64,000 nucleotides of DNA from Fistulifera solaris (Eukaryota): positions 434,001 through 498,000 of the forward strand of contig AP026135.1 of NCBI GenBank assembly GCA_030295235.1, in the 5' to 3' direction. Positions 1 to 13,593 of this stretch are shown piece after piece. Every line of letters begins with the position of its first letter. Within the stretch, counting starts at the first letter, position 1. Below the pieces are notes generated by a model. That model saw only the letters and a list, made by a program, of their open reading frames with translations, was not told where the DNA came from and made no database searches. The position numbers and the translations under genes were made by a program.

Positions 1-1469
1 AAATCGTCGCTGCACTTGCAGGTCTGTCTTCAACTTTTGGTATTGGGCATATTGCTCCGGAAGAATATCTAGATTTATCTCACAAGGAAGAACATCAGCC
101 GAGCAAGAAATGGGACCAGGTTGTGTTCTGTCGCTACATCTGGAACGGATCTCAGAGTTAAACCCCTTGCAAATGTACTGGTGGGGTATACTTTGCACAT
201 TCGCGGGGTCGGTCTTGCTAAAATATGGTTAGATGAATACAATAGCACACGGCTGGAAAGCGCGTTTACTTACACTTGACGCGCGGCAGATAGGGAATTT
301 CGCACATAAATACCTGGCTCCTGCTGCGACGACATCACCTCCATTGCGGCTGACACCCGCGAAAGAACTTTTTCTGCTGATAACTTCCTTGAATTTCCTT
401 GCAGAAGATCCGTTTCTGCTAGCAATAATGGAGGTTGATCGTCCCAGTACAACGAAAGACTTTTGAAGTACCCAATTTTGTTGTTTTTCACGATGTACTC
501 ATTTGGTCCAAGTTGTCCCTGCGCCGACGACATCGGTGACCCATCGTTCTCGTTCTTTTTGTCGTGGCTTCCAGCTTGCCATTTCTCATTTGCTGTTCGA
601 ACAGTGAAGGCATCTAGTGTAAACCCACAAGCAAAAGCACTATCGCCGCCCTCCGACGTAGCCGGAACTTCGCATCGAATGTGTGTATCGAAAATTGACG
701 CTTCCATATTTCGCAACACCTTTTCACGAAGCTTGACTTTCCAGTCACGTGGTACCTCCGGAAGTTGATCAACTTGTTCGAGCAACTCTTCGCTTTCTTC
801 GTTGTAAATGACAGTTGATTGCAGATCTTCCACTAAACTATTCATGGCATCCTCGAGATCTAACTCACTTTCCATTTTTCTATCTCGTACCATTCGACGC
901 TTTCGACTCTTTCGAAGCTCTTTCTCGACTTCTTTCACCGCTCGACTGATTCTCTTCATCGGAGGGCCTTCACCGGGTATCAGACCATTCCAGAAATTCC
1001 TTTCGAGTCGCGACAGCGCCAGTCGCTTTGCTCGAGTTTTCAACGTGCAAATTGGATCCTGTCTCGTGCCAGCTCCATACAGATTGTTGGCTGTGCTAGA
1101 AATTAGGGGGACACAAACCAAATGTATACCGTGAATTTCGAACCGCGTCGTTTCCTTTTCTAGATTCTTCCACGGCACATGCATTTTGACGGATTTCGCC
1201 GAGCACGATAAGACACCAAAGTCTGTCAGGCCAAAAGCTCCCAAGATGTGACCACCAATCATATCTCCGTCTAACTGTACATTTTCGAGCGCAATTTTAC
1301 CTCTCAATGCGGCAATTTTAAGATCATCTTTAGAAAGATTGAGAACATATTCTCCGAAAACCTCTTCAAGCGCTATCAGCAGCGGGCGCAATCAAATGAG
1401 AAACGGCTTTCAATCATCACTGCTCTCATCCAATCGAAACTTACCAGCAACAATAGCTTGTTTCGGCAT
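1..1469 (-). CDS. VPS13-family / chorein-N lipid transfer protein, 5' part (runs off window start)
   Basis: Exon 1 ATG at 1469 (MPKQAIVA), GTAAG...GATAG intron ~1444-1373, then ALEEVFGEYVLNLSKDDLKIAALRGKIALENVQL...HVPWKNL and LRNMEASIFDTHIRCE, typical of chorein-N. Probable second intron ~273-218. Confidence 0.8.
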
Positions 1470-2203
1470 TGTGAAGAAAGTACCGTATTAAGCGAATGAC
1501 TTCATATTATTCCACGATGCATGCGACTTCCAGGGGAGTCAATGAAGATCTCAAACAGCTCTGGATTATGCAGATTATTGACTTGTTTGAAAGGTTTCGT
1601 ATGGCTTGGTTACAAGCAACAAGGGCAAGGAGCAATGATGATGAACGGTTTGAAATACCTGGTACAGTACGCAAAGGAGTATAGTGCCACGTACACACGG
1701 TACTCGGGATGAATACCAGTTACGAAGCCGGACTCAGTATTTCGTTGTGTCTTTCCGGCACCAATTGTTCTTAAGAAGTTTGAAAAATGTATAGTGCAGC
1801 CAGAACTGTTACCAAATCCAGAATCCAGGGGCGTCGGCCGTCGGCCGTCGGCTATTACGTTTCATAATAATGATAATCTGAATTCTGTTTCCGTTGAAAG
1901 ACGTTCCTCGTACTCCAATTTTACGTTGCATTGGATTCTCTTGTAAGCAAAGACTGTTCATCATAGTAAAGAATGTACTCTCGCTCGCCTGCCTCATCAT
2001 CGCGCGTGGAAAACGCCCCAAAGCAAAAAATAAACGATCGACTTGTTGTTGCATCAAATCAAAGGTGATTGGTACAGAGGGAGATCAGAAAGGGAACTAC
2101 AATTGTGTTTCGCATTTGCTTGGAAGTATCCCAGATCTAAAGAGGCAAAAGCTGACGACACCACGGGCATTTCGAACACGACCATTGACAGTTCATTCTT
2201 ATC

Positions 2204-3456
2204 ATGAGAAGCGTTTCTTTCATTTTATTAGCTCTGGTAATTGTGTCAAGAGACACCCGAGCGGACGATGTGTATGGCAATCAAGATGGATACAATGACG
2301 ACGTAGATGGAAACATGGACGCTAGCGACTACCAGCAAGGATATTACAGCAACGGCAATCAGCAAAATTCCGGCGAATACATTCAATATTGGACTGAATA
2401 CGCAATTCTACCGAAACGCTGTATCCGATAGTAAGTCGACATACTTCATCTGCGGGTTCAAAAATCAAAACCATCTCACACCTTCTTTCCTTTTGTAGCA
2501 ATCACGAAGACGTAGTTGTGTTTTCAGTGTTTGATAAAGCATACAATCACTGCGGTGACGAGCCGGTGGGTACTTACATGGTTCCTGTTAGAAACTTTGT
2601 GCAAGGCTATTTGCAGCAGCAAAGCCAGGACTACCAAGACCAGGGTCTCGAATACGAAGAGCCCTCCGTTAGTCAATATGTGTATTGTGTACCACAGAAA
2701 ATTCAAAACAACAAATACATTTATCTGCAGCTTGGCTGCGCTGACGACACCAATCAGGCACTTGCAGTGAACATTTACTCGGACATTGATTGCAAAAAGC
2801 GCTCCACGTCGGATGGCTACGATGACGCCAACATTGACGTGTCACAACTCCAGGTGCCTTTCAAACAATGTCAAAACTGCGTTAATTGGTTTGATATGAA
2901 CCAGAATGTTGACGATCAGTATTACGAATTGCACAAAACCCAAGCACCTTTGTGTGCGACGGCCTGGACTTACAAGCAGACATGCGACGGAAAGTGCAAA
3001 CGCCTTGGTCAAGAAAACAGTACAAATGGCTGGCAAACGTCGGACCAAGTCTTGTTATCGATTATGGTTCTTTTCGCGGCTATCATGTTGGGTCTAATTG
3101 CCCACAAACGACAAATGATGTCAAACAAAGACACGCTTCTAGAGCAAGCCGCCATGAGTGCCGCTGGTCTGCAGCAACCTCACGTGATTGGCGTTTGCAT
3201 TCTTGTCACCTTAGTAGTGGCTGTTTTTGCACTTCTTGGCCTGAAGAACATTACGTGGACGCTCCTTCTTATCATCAACACTGCATTATTTGGCTACTTA
3301 ATGAAGTTAACACTTCAATCAAGCCCACCAGAGAATATAATCGGGCCGGATGGAACAATCATGCGGAACGATTCGGACGATAGTAGCGTTGACGACGATA
3401 GTAGCAAAAACGCTGGCGGTGCTACCGGTTTCTTCACCTTGCCGACTCTGACATAA
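2204..3456 (+). CDS. Secretory-pathway membrane protein: signal peptide, N/Q/D/Y-rich segment, Cys-rich lumenal domain, 3 C-terminal TM helices (possibly silicanin-like)
   Basis: ORFs 2204-2431 and 2518-3456 join in frame across a GTAAG...GTAG intron at 2431-2498 (KRCIRY-NHEDVVVF). Ten Cys residues; three hydrophobic helices near the C-terminus. Confidence 0.75.
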
Positions 3457-3570
3457 CATACCCTGTTCATTATCTTTTAGTAATTCCTACATCATCATAC
3501 TTCCAATCTTGTCTTTCTAAATCTTATACAAGGGTCTAAGCGTCGCTTTACATTACTTCGTCAGGTTAGA

Positions 3571-5545
3571 CTAGAGAATGAGAGACAAAGTTCCGAACAC
3601 GGATTGGTCTCCTCGTCGAACGCTAACGCCAAGTTGAATAGAACGCTTTCCGTCGCACTCTCGTACCGCAAATGTATTCGATCCGCTTGAAACGACCGCA
3701 GCGACATGAGAAAGAAACCGTGATGCACCAATAACCGCAATTCCGTGAAACTGTCCTCGTGCTGGTGAAAATGATCCCGACGTGACAATCCCAGATTCTC
3801 TTTGATCAAAGAACACTGTGTCATTTGGTCTAAGTACTCCTTTCCAAAAACAGTTATGTGGCAGAGAAGCAAAGCCGGCAAAGTTAACGATTGAATCAAA
3901 GCATTACAAGAAGCGAAGAACGCTTTGGCGTCTTCGACCGAGAGCTTCGGTGTCGTAACGAACGGTGGGGTAGGAGACCGCCGTGGACGCCGTGGGTGAC
4001 TCTGTGATGTCTCGTGAGTGCTATAATGAGATCCACTCGCAGCGAGAGCCTCCTCAAACGGTTTTCCGAAAGCGGCGTCTCGAACGACGACAACGTCTTC
4101 GTCACCAACGCCATCAATTAGCTCCGCCCATTGAACACTACGCAGAGGCGGTCCAATAGGATTGATGCGACCAGATCCACCTTCCAAGTACCTTCGCACA
4201 GTACACCAAATTCCGTCAGTTTGCCAATACTCGACACCCGAAGGAGTGTCCGGCCAGTCTCGCGGAAAAACGGGTACAGGGGGGTGAGCGTCTTGCAATA
4301 AATGGGACCATTCTGTTAACCCGATAGGAGCAGCACCGCCAGCCAGGACAAGCGATTGAAAGAGAGACTTAGCAGTGCCAGCCGAGCAGTAAATGTCAAA
4401 GCCAAGTACTCCAAGATTGCAAAAGACGGAATTGTCGTGTGTTGCTTTCCTCACAATAAGTAGATTAGCGTTTGCGTCGTTTAGTTGAATAGCATCAAGA
4501 TGTGATGGTGAATTATCACTGAAAAAGGTGTCTACCTCTTTCTGTGATTCAAGCGAAAACAACCCCTCAAATGCCTTTGCGATGCATATATCCGGTTGAA
4601 ATCCTCTTAGGCGCAAACAACAAAGCTGCTGCTCTGTATATACACATGCTTTCAAAGCAGCGATAGAATCAAGTTCTTTTAAAACGGATTGCTGAATGCA
4701 TGGATGCACCAGAAGAACAACAGAAGTATCGTCTACGCCTTCAAACAATTCTCCGTGCCTCGTCCATATCCATGTGACGGGACCCAAAGCTCGTTTCGGA
4801 AAAGAATCCACTTCATGCACGGTTCCACTACCAACAGAAACACCACGAGATGTTTGGATCGTAAAGGATGGAATGATTCGCAATAGGCATTGTGAGAGCA
4901 ATGGCACGTCAGAACACGTGCAACGAATGGGACGCTGACACCAGGTCGCTTCTTGAACCAAAGTCCGCTCCTGCGCCAATCGTAACGCAGCTTTGGCACC
5001 GCGATTGCTGTGCAGCATGGGAACACGCCAGTTCCACAAGTTGCACGTATGAAAGCGTTTGGCGTGCCAGATATGATTCGCGATCCAGTGAACCGGTGGT
5101 TCATCAGTCCGACTGGCTGGTGGAGTCGGTGCACATTCTCGCATGTGGAGGCGATGACAACGACGACGAGCTTTTCGACATTGACTTTCACTCGGTGGCT
5201 TTATTGCAGCTGCTGGAAAGCGATGACGAATCCGTCTCTTGTAACTGGGAAACTGTAAGTCGTTGTACGAAATATTGTTGCACGCACCGACGTCCTCCGT
5301 CGTACTTACCTAGTTGTTCGTCGACGCAAATGTCTCGATGACTTTTTCCCACCTCCACTCTCGAGTGCCTTTGCGCTAATGGAAGGAAGTTGCGTGTTTT
5401 GTTGTTCCACCTGGGCCCACAAAGCTTTGATTTCGGGTAAGCGCCGTGCTCCGAAGGTAGCCACAGAAACCGATCCTGACACATCAAAGAAAGACGGAAG
5501 ATTTTTCCATGAAGTGTGCTTCTTTCGTCCGACTGCTTTCATCAT
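3571..5545 (-). CDS. POP1: RNase P/MRP protein subunit POP1
   Basis: Motifs FGARRLPEIK, SSRHLRRRTT, HIWHAKRFH...W.VP...NRG, FPRDWPDT, and C-terminal GIVTSGSFS...G..HGIA. Intron ~5310-5255; frameshifts near 5.15 kb and 3.83 kb. Confidence 0.85.
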
Positions 5546-5993
5546 GATGTTTCGAGAGTTAGGGCGCTAGCAAGAATTTTTTGTTTTGTTCTATTGCTGT
5601 TTGGTACAAGTATCCAATTCATGACCCGACACCCGACTGCCCACTGCCCACGTATGGACGACGACGACGACCGACCAAGAGGCAGACGTGACGCGAAAGG
5701 GACTAATTTTGAACTTTGAACACGAACAAAGTAAGGGAAGAAGACACTCCGACTCCGACGGCGCAATGCGAATGAAAAAGTCATGGTCATAGTCACAGTC
5801 ATAACCCTATTACAATCCGTCAATCCCTGAATATCTGGAAACTGGAAACCTGTTTTCTGTTTTCTACTGCAACTAGAGTACATTATGATCAAGAGTCCAT
5901 CTGTCGATTTACTTGTTCGTGTACAAGCGATTTCTCTATGCGACATACAAGCGTGTCTGATGATTGGTGACTGGTCACCCCGTAATTTACGCA

Positions 5994-6009
5994 GGGGGGG
6001 GGGGGGGGG
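5994..6009 (+). repeat. Poly-G homopolymer (G16) between divergent genes
   Basis: Seen directly, between the POP1 start and the coiled-coil gene start. Confidence 0.9.
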
Positions 6010-6084
6010 AGAAAAAAACGTCCTTCCATTCACTTCCAACTATTCAAAACGAGAAAGAGAACGAGATATTGCAAGAAATAACAC

Positions 6085-7684
6085 ATGAGCATACCCGACG
6101 AAGAATCTACAAAGCCGGAGGAGGCGGCCAAAGTGGTTGAAGTTGTTTCCGTGGACGAGGCTGACCCGCCGTCCAACAGTACGCCTAGTTCGGCGGAAAC
6201 GCAGGACGGGGCGGTGGTCAACAAACGCGAGCGCATTCGCGCCAGGCTGCGCCAAAGTGAAATGCGTCTCACAAGTCTCGTTCGTACCACCAGTGGAGAT
6301 GGCGAAAACAGTTTCATCAACCAGATGCGCTCTGTACAGCAAAAGATGCAGGAAGTGGAAAAGAAAAGTCGGCACTCGAAAATGAACTCACTCGATTGCA
6401 GAATGCGACGGATGGAGACGAATTTCTCAAAGAAAAGATGGAAAGCATTCAGGAGGGTTTTATGAAACAAGTGAAACTCATTCAAAAACTGGAAGATGAG
6501 GTGCTGGCCAAAAACAACGAAATTGACCACCTTCGTCACGAACTGGTCGACAAGCTGCGCCGCATCGTTGAATTAGAGTTTGATTTGGAGACACACAGTG
6601 TTCACTATACTGAATATGCTCTCGAGCAATTCAAACTTGGTGAGGATGCCTTGAAGGAAATACAAGCGATGCAAAAGAAGGAATCGGTGACGGTGAGACG
6701 GGTCCAGACAAGAAGCTGCCACCGCGACGCGCTCAAAAGCTAATTTCCAAGCTATTGGCCGATTTGGATGATCTTGAATCACGCTACAAAGAAGAGAAGC
6801 TGGAGAATGCAGCTACAATTGGTAAAATGGAGCTTGAGGCGGAGGAATTAAAGACCAGAGTACATATTCTCGAGAGTCGGTTGGGAGAAGCTGACCGTTT
6901 CGCGGACGATGCCAGCGAAAGGAGCACGTCGTCGAATGATAAGTCGGATGTAACATATCTGCGCAAACGAGTGGAGACGCTGGAAGCGAAAAGGGCATTG
7001 TTTCGTGGGGAACTTCGCAAGCTTCATGGCGAAGTTGCTGACACCAAAAAGCAAAGTAAGGAGGCAGTCAAGAAAGCCGAGTCCGAGGTAGATCGTTTGT
7101 TCTTGGAAAATGAGGCCATGAAAAGTCGTATCAAGGCGCTGGAAACCGACATTATGGAAGGCGACCAATCGTCAGCACAGTATGCAGAGATTGAACAGAA
7201 AATTGAGGAAAAGTTCCGTACGATCAAGCAACTAGAAGCAGAACTTGAAATCAGAGATAGACAGATTGAGGCCCTAAAAAAAGATGCAACCAACCGTCGT
7301 ATTGAAGCCATCGCTTCCAGTAGTGATGGGGCTAAAGAAGACAGCAAGTTTTCCAAGCTTGATGCGGACCTATTAAAGGGCGACTTAGCGGAGCAGCAGG
7401 CTTCATCTATGGGAGCAGGAACGAATGCCGCTTACGTACAGGAGCTTCAAAGACAACTTCAATCGGCGCAGCAGCAGCTCGTGAAGAAGGATCAAGAACT
7501 AGTTATCGAGCGAGCCAAAGCGGCCTCTACGGCGGCTGGCCTACTTGCACGCATCACAGAGCTCACGGCCAGAAAACAGTCGTCTTCTGCCACTGAGTCG
7601 TCACCCAATGAAAAGGCATCGACGAAAGACGCCAAGAAAGACAGCGGTAAGAAGAAGAGAACTCCTTTGAGATTCTATCTATAA
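6085..7684 (+). CDS. Uncharacterised coiled-coil protein
   Basis: Consecutive E/K/Q-rich heptad ORFs 6085-6465, 6396-6743 and 6755-7684, joined across apparent frameshifts. Confidence 0.65.
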
Positions 7685-7742
7685 CATTTGGGACGGATAA
7701 GTAGTTAAGTTTATCAAATGGACTAGACATTTATCATCGAAA

Positions 7743-8609
7743 TTACATATCACCTTGCGACGAAAGCGATTTGGTAAGCTGCTCAATAGAAATGGTTTGC
7801 TTCTCATGAATTCGGCTGAGCTCTTCGAGTTTGGCTTCCGTCTCCTGCAATTCTTCTTCCAGCTCTTCGATCGTACTTTGTTTGACGGCCTTTGCCCGTA
7901 ATGACTTTAGAGTTTTCAAGTTCTCACGAATTCGGGCTTCGTATTCCACTTGCATCTCCTTCTTTTGCTCTTCCATGACTTCAATCTGTTTTCGAAGATC
8001 CAACTCCGTCTTGCAGCGTTCCTGAATAAGCTGGATAATTTCAGCCGACAGTTGCTCCACATTTTCTCTGGCATTTTGTTCCAATTCTTTCATTTGACCC
8101 ATGGTTGTTTCCATTTTCTTCACAGCCTTTTGAAGTTGCGCCTGAAGTTTCATAACATACTGACTATCCACTCCTCCTTTGGGGGCAACACCTTTGATGA
8201 GATTTGCATATTCGTGGATGGCCGCTTTGTCTTGCATATCCTGCTCAAGTGCTTGTAAGCGATCCTCAGCATGTGAAGTCATCCTCTTGATGCGTTCCGA
8301 CTCGATTTTATGAATGAGAGCCTCGGACATTTGCGTCAGACGCTCTTTCTCAAGCTCCGCTTCCAGCGCGTCGAGCTGATCTTTCTTCTCTTGGCGAGCC
8401 CGTTCTAGAACTGATATTTGATTATCACGATCTCTGACTTCACTTTCGAGAGCGGTACGCTCAGGATCCTCCTCAGGTTCATCTTCAAGTCGAATGGAAA
8501 TGTTATCGTCTTGGACGATCGGGGGTGGCGGAGGGGCCTTTCCAGGGGTAGACGATGATTGTAACCCTCCTTTCTCCTCCGGTTTTCCGAAGCCTCGAAA
8601 GAAACTCAT
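7743..8609 (-). CDS. Uncharacterised coiled-coil protein
   Basis: Uninterrupted 288-aa ORF from ATG to stop; E/Q/K-rich heptads after a Pro-rich N-terminus. Confidence 0.75.
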   Translation of the reverse strand: MSFFRGFGKPEEKGGLQSSSTPGKAPPPPPIVQDDNISIRLEDEPEEDPERTALESEVRDRDNQISVLERARQEKKDQLDALEAELEKERLTQMSEALIHKIESERIKRMTSHAEDRLQALEQDMQDKAAIHEYANLIKGVAPKGGVDSQYVMKLQAQLQKAVKKMETTMGQMKELEQNARENVEQLSAEIIQLIQERCKTELDLRKQIEVMEEQKKEMQVEYEARIRENLKTLKSLRAKAVKQSTIEELEEELQETEAKLEELSRIHEKQTISIEQLTKSLSSQGDM

Positions 8610-8992
8610 ATCTAAGCTTTTTAGATGTTAATTGATGAATATAATTAATAACGTAAGGCAATTTAGCCTAAACACGGTGGTTTGTTTCCACTTTCTTCTT
8701 GTCGTCCATTTTGCGGCTTTCGAGGTTAACGCATAACACGACCATGGTCGGCCATGACTTTACACCGGTATTGGACAATAATCTAGAAAGTACCCTACGT
8801 TGTCGCAAACTTCGTCCATTATTTTGGCAATGACCATTGTCGGTCATTCAATTATTTGTCCGTCTTGCTCGTCGTCCGTGTGTGACGATGGATGTCACTA
8901 AAGCAATGTATCCACTGCGTCGTTAGAGTTAGGTAAAAGCGAGAACTAGTTCTTGTTCTCCAAAGTACAAAGGAGAGCGCTTCGTGAAAACG

Positions 8993-11900
8993 TTATAGAT
9001 ACATACTAGCTAGATGAGGTAAATGGTTCTTGTCCATTTTCTTTACCTCGCCATACTCAGCGTTCCACTCCCAGACCCTTGCTAACTCCCGGCCATTCTC
9101 TGAAACACTACGCTTTAGTTTGCTCAACGCTTTCTCAAAATCCTCCATTGTAACTGGTCTGAGTCTTTGTAACGATCCCACAGAAGTATCCATACGGACT
9201 CCCTGCAACCCTTCGTCTAGCTGCTTGGCTTGTTCATGACTTATTTGGACGACGGCTTCCCTGCAAACCTCCTTGATGTCAGAGCCTGTGTAGCCTTCCA
9301 GTCTTTCCGCAATCTTTGTGAAGTTCACTGCTGGATCTATTCTGTTCTCAGCAAGGGTAACCTCCAAAATTTCGCTTCGAGTTTTGAGATCCGGAAGATC
9401 TACGAGGATGCGTCGTGGAAATCGTCGTAAGACCGCCTCGTCCAAATCAAATGGACGGTTGGTTGAGCCGATCACAACCACACGGTCGCCACTTCCATTC
9501 GTGCCAGAGTTCAACCCATCCCATTCACTCATCATTGTTGTCTTCACACTGGTCAGAGTGCCGTGTGCAGAATCATCCGACGATCCCTCGCGACTAGAAA
9601 GAAGTGAATCAACTTCATCGATGAAAATAACGCAGGGTGCCAGCCTTCGTGCGAGAGTAAAAACAGCTTTAGCATTCTTCTCGGACTCGCCTAGCCATTT
9701 GTTTTCGACGGAAGATGCATCAACGCTTAGAAAACTAGCCCCGCCTTCCGTCGCGACTGCTTTGGCTAGCATGGTTTTACCCGTTCCTGTGGAGAGCCCA
9801 ATAGTGAGATCAGTGCTATGGTAAGCAAGAATCATGATTCGAGCACTTACCCGGCGGGCCAAACAATAATACTCCTTTCACAGCTTCCCTCGCTATTCCC
9901 TCGCTGTACAAATGTGGATATTTGAGGGGATAAGTGATACTTTGGCGCAGTAGCTCCTTGACCTCTGAGAGACCTCCTATCATGTCATAAGTGACACCGA
10001 TATCCTGAGGAGAAACTACTTGAGAGATCAGTGCGCGCTCGTGCTTGTCTTGCGCAAGAGCTGTGATTTCTTCCCGTGTCCGATGTGCAACAGTACCAGC
10101 TCCCGACAACGACAATCCACCGGAGGGCGACGAGCTAATCCGGCATACTATTGTCAGCGCTGATTCTAAGGTTGATGGGTGTACAAATCTCACATCATCA
10201 GCTGGCGCCTCCGGATTGTTTTCAACCAGGCCATTTTCAGTTAGCATCAATTGACTGAGTGTGATATCGACGTCGAGGCTGTCCATCGATTCAACATTTC
10301 GGTGTGTGTCGTCCTCTTTCCTTCGGTTTTTGAAGCTTCAAGTTCAATAGCATGTTTGATCACTTTCGGAAGATCAGCGGTGATGTCACGCACGCTTAAC
10401 ATTTGTCTGAGTGACGATCCTGCTCCTCGCGTCCCTGTATGGTCCTGAATTGCAAGATTGTGTGCTTTAAGAGCTTCTATGAGCATTTTCCTGTTATTCC
10501 GAAAGATCACAGCACCGCGCTCACGCTGAATCCATGCAGTCCATGACTTCGCACGAACTGGGTCGATTGGAGCTTCCACAACAATTGGCCGGCAAACTGC
10601 TTCCAATCTCGCTAGATTTCTCTCAGCTTTGTTATCTTCTAATATCTCTGCTTCCTTACTATCCTCCGCCTTTTTGGCTTGCATTACAGCCGCTGCAGCC
10701 GCCATTGTGCGGGTCCGACGTTGGCGTGAATTACGACGATTGGCGGGATTTTCAGGGTCTTCACGAATAGCCTCGTCCTGATGATTTAAAATCTTTTGAA
10801 ACCAACCACTCATGGGGGCTCCTCCTGTTTTCTCGGGGAGTTTCCCCCGATTGATGTGATTTGGAGGCGGTGGAACATAAACACTCAGCATAACTCCTTG
10901 GCATTTTGGGTCTGAAAGTGCCGGTGCCGCTCGTGCGAGGTTTTCTGCAATTCCCTTTCGTAAGTTTTCGTTCCGAAGCACTTGGGAGAAGGCTTTGTGT
11001 AAATCTGGCGAAAAATTAGAGTCAAAGTCGTTTTCATCACCGTCATCATCGTTCAAACTAGCAAGTCGGTCCAGAAGCTCAGACATGGCTTGCTGAAGAG
11101 TCTCTTGAATCACATGAGGCGGTGGCGGAACAGGGAGAGAACTATCGGCATCAAATGGGCCACCAGAAAGACTGGCATTGAAGAACTGAGGAGGCGGAAG
11201 TGGAGCACCTCCATTCGTCTGCATCTGCTGCTGTAGAAGCGAAGCCCACCGTTCCAATTCAGCCTTTATCGGTGAATCATCGTCCTCGTTTTGCAAGCGC
11301 TCTCGCGCTTGCATGGCCATCATGTGAGGAAAAAGGTTCCCAGCCTGTGGTGGGGCAATGGCACCGAGAATACCAGGGGTTCCATCAGGATCGATGGTAC
11401 GAGCCAGAAATATGTTAAAGCGTCGAGATCCTTCCGGGTCATGCTGTCCCGAAGCGTTTTGATTGTTTGGAGAAAACCCAAACCATGGTGCTGCGCCAGG
11501 AGCGTTTCGCATGACGGAATCCTGTAATCCATTGTCAAAAATTTGATTATTTTGAACGGCAGGTTCTTCTGGGACACGCTGTGTATTCGAGTCAATACCT
11601 TTGCCAAGAATTATCAGGTTGACTCCGTCCGCTGCATTCGATTCATGTAACAGCGTCTCCACAGCGCTTGTGCTCTGAAACAAAAGACTGGATGAACCCA
11701 CCCGTACAAATACAACCAGCGGAAGCGGTTTATTCGCAGTAGCCTGGTACATATCTAACTCCCAATCCTTCATGTTCGTGCAGCTGTCCGATGCTCTTTC
11801 GTCGAATGGATCATCTAACCCCAAGCGAATGTCCTTACTCATGCACTGTGATATCGACCCACCCGTTATTCCCTCCAGTTTTCCTTCGCTTGCTAACTTC

Positions 11901-12989
11901 AAGAGCGATTGGATCAAAACACCCGGCTTCAAGTCTTGCTCAGGCACACCTTTATCTAGCAAGTGCTGACGCACCGAGGAGAGGACTTCGTCGTCTAAAA
12001 ATACCAAGCCAGCACCCAATGAATGTGCCTCAATAAAAAATCAATGTCAGCGAGTGCGTTGAACGTCAATATAAACACAGAGCGAAAGCTCTTACCAGCG
12101 CCAATGCCACAGTCTCCTGCATGGCTAGTGTAGCTCCTTGATCTGGATTCTGCGAATCGTACAGCCGCAAAGCACTCGCCTGGGCCAGGGACTTGCGCCA
12201 AGAAGGCTGCGTCGCCAGCGACAGAGCCGCCTGCAGTGCCTGTGAAGTCGACGGTTGCAAAAATCGTCGCTCGGTTGTCCAGAGACCGCGCCATTCCAAC
12301 AATAAGCACCCATAAAGTGTTCTTCGATCCAGACGTAACTTGGAGTCGCCATCAAGCTTTCGTGCATTCTCCTTCAAGACAGTCAAAGCTGTTGGAGGAC
12401 AAAACACGTAAGGATTCCACGCATCCACCATGGCTCTTTGAAATTGTTCGGCTTCCTGATTGGTCTTGGTACGATTCTTACGTCGATTATGAAGCTTTTG
12501 ACCCAAGCGGAGACCGACTCCTCCTCCCGATCGCCGCGCAGAAATCTCCCGAATTTGATTGGTTTCATCATCGAGTTCCGCATCTTGCACCAATTCCAAC
12601 TGCACTTGCACTTGCGGCTCCTGGTCATTCGGATAAAGCCGTCTCAATTCATCTTCAAAGTCAGAGTCGTCATCATCCGAATCATCCGAGCCTTCTCCAT
12701 CCGGATCACCGACTGCGTTGCTCTTTCGGTGATTCGAATGAGGTTTGACGCCCACTACTTGACTCTCGGCGTCGTCAGCCGATTCGGCAGGTTTATCGTC
12801 CTCGCGGACTTCATTATTTAGTTCGTAAGAAGCAGGATCGTTGCTGTCGTAGAACTGCGCTGCTACAATCCCATTACTCGCATCGGCGAAAGTTCGGTCA
12901 AAAGGGAGTGCCTTTCCCGAGGTCCTTGCCAATATCTCTCGTGTGAGAAGCACGACGAGACCCGACGCTAACGATAATTTATGCACCAT
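8993..12989 (-). CDS. AAA+ ATPase of the MSP1/ATAD1/spastin (meiotic) clade with long N-terminal extension
   Basis: [12 protein letters not shown]...[15 protein letters not shown] (Walker A split by intron ~9850-9788), KWLGESEK pore loop, IFIDEVD Walker [31 protein letters not shown]. Further intron ~12095-12030 and a frameshift ~10.29 kb. Hydrophobic N-terminus. Confidence 0.8.
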
Positions 12990-13593
12990 GATCTTGAACT
13001 CAACTATATGCTAAAGCTGATTCTTTTCTGTCTATAACGTCGTGGAGTTGGAAAGAAAACCAGCCTCGAACAAGTAATACGGATCACAATGGACGATTAT
13101 TCGTAAATAATATCGTCGAATCAATCCGGCAGTGATTCTTGCGTGAAACAAACAGGAGCAGAAGGCCGTTATCGCTTTTTAAAGTATCTGTCGGTGAAAA
13201 AGGAAGTTGATTTTTCAAAATAGATTGTATCCCTGGACTGTTTTTTTGTCGTTGATCGCAACCCTGTTTGAGTTCTTTTCATCGTTGTTCTGCTTTCTTC
13301 GTCCAGAAAGTTTTCTCGCGACGCGAATGTCGTACACTTTTGATACCGCTGCGAAAAAAGAAGTCTATAGCTCATTCAGTTAATCTGGTACGTCATTCGC
13401 CCGTTTCAACAGCGTCCAATATTCCACGTGGCGAATATTGACCGTTGAGACAATTCCTGTTTTTATAATAGCATTACGATGACCATCGTCATTCGAGACC
13501 GTTTTTTCTTACTTTTTCATCCCATCCAATCACTTATCGAAACAGTCGAGTTAAAGAAGTCCATCATCTAAATACCATCCATTGCAAAGAATC

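Noticed and set aside
5994..6009. G16 run as a functional G-quadruplex
   Set aside because: Homopolymer length is unreliable in this assembly and nothing else supports function.
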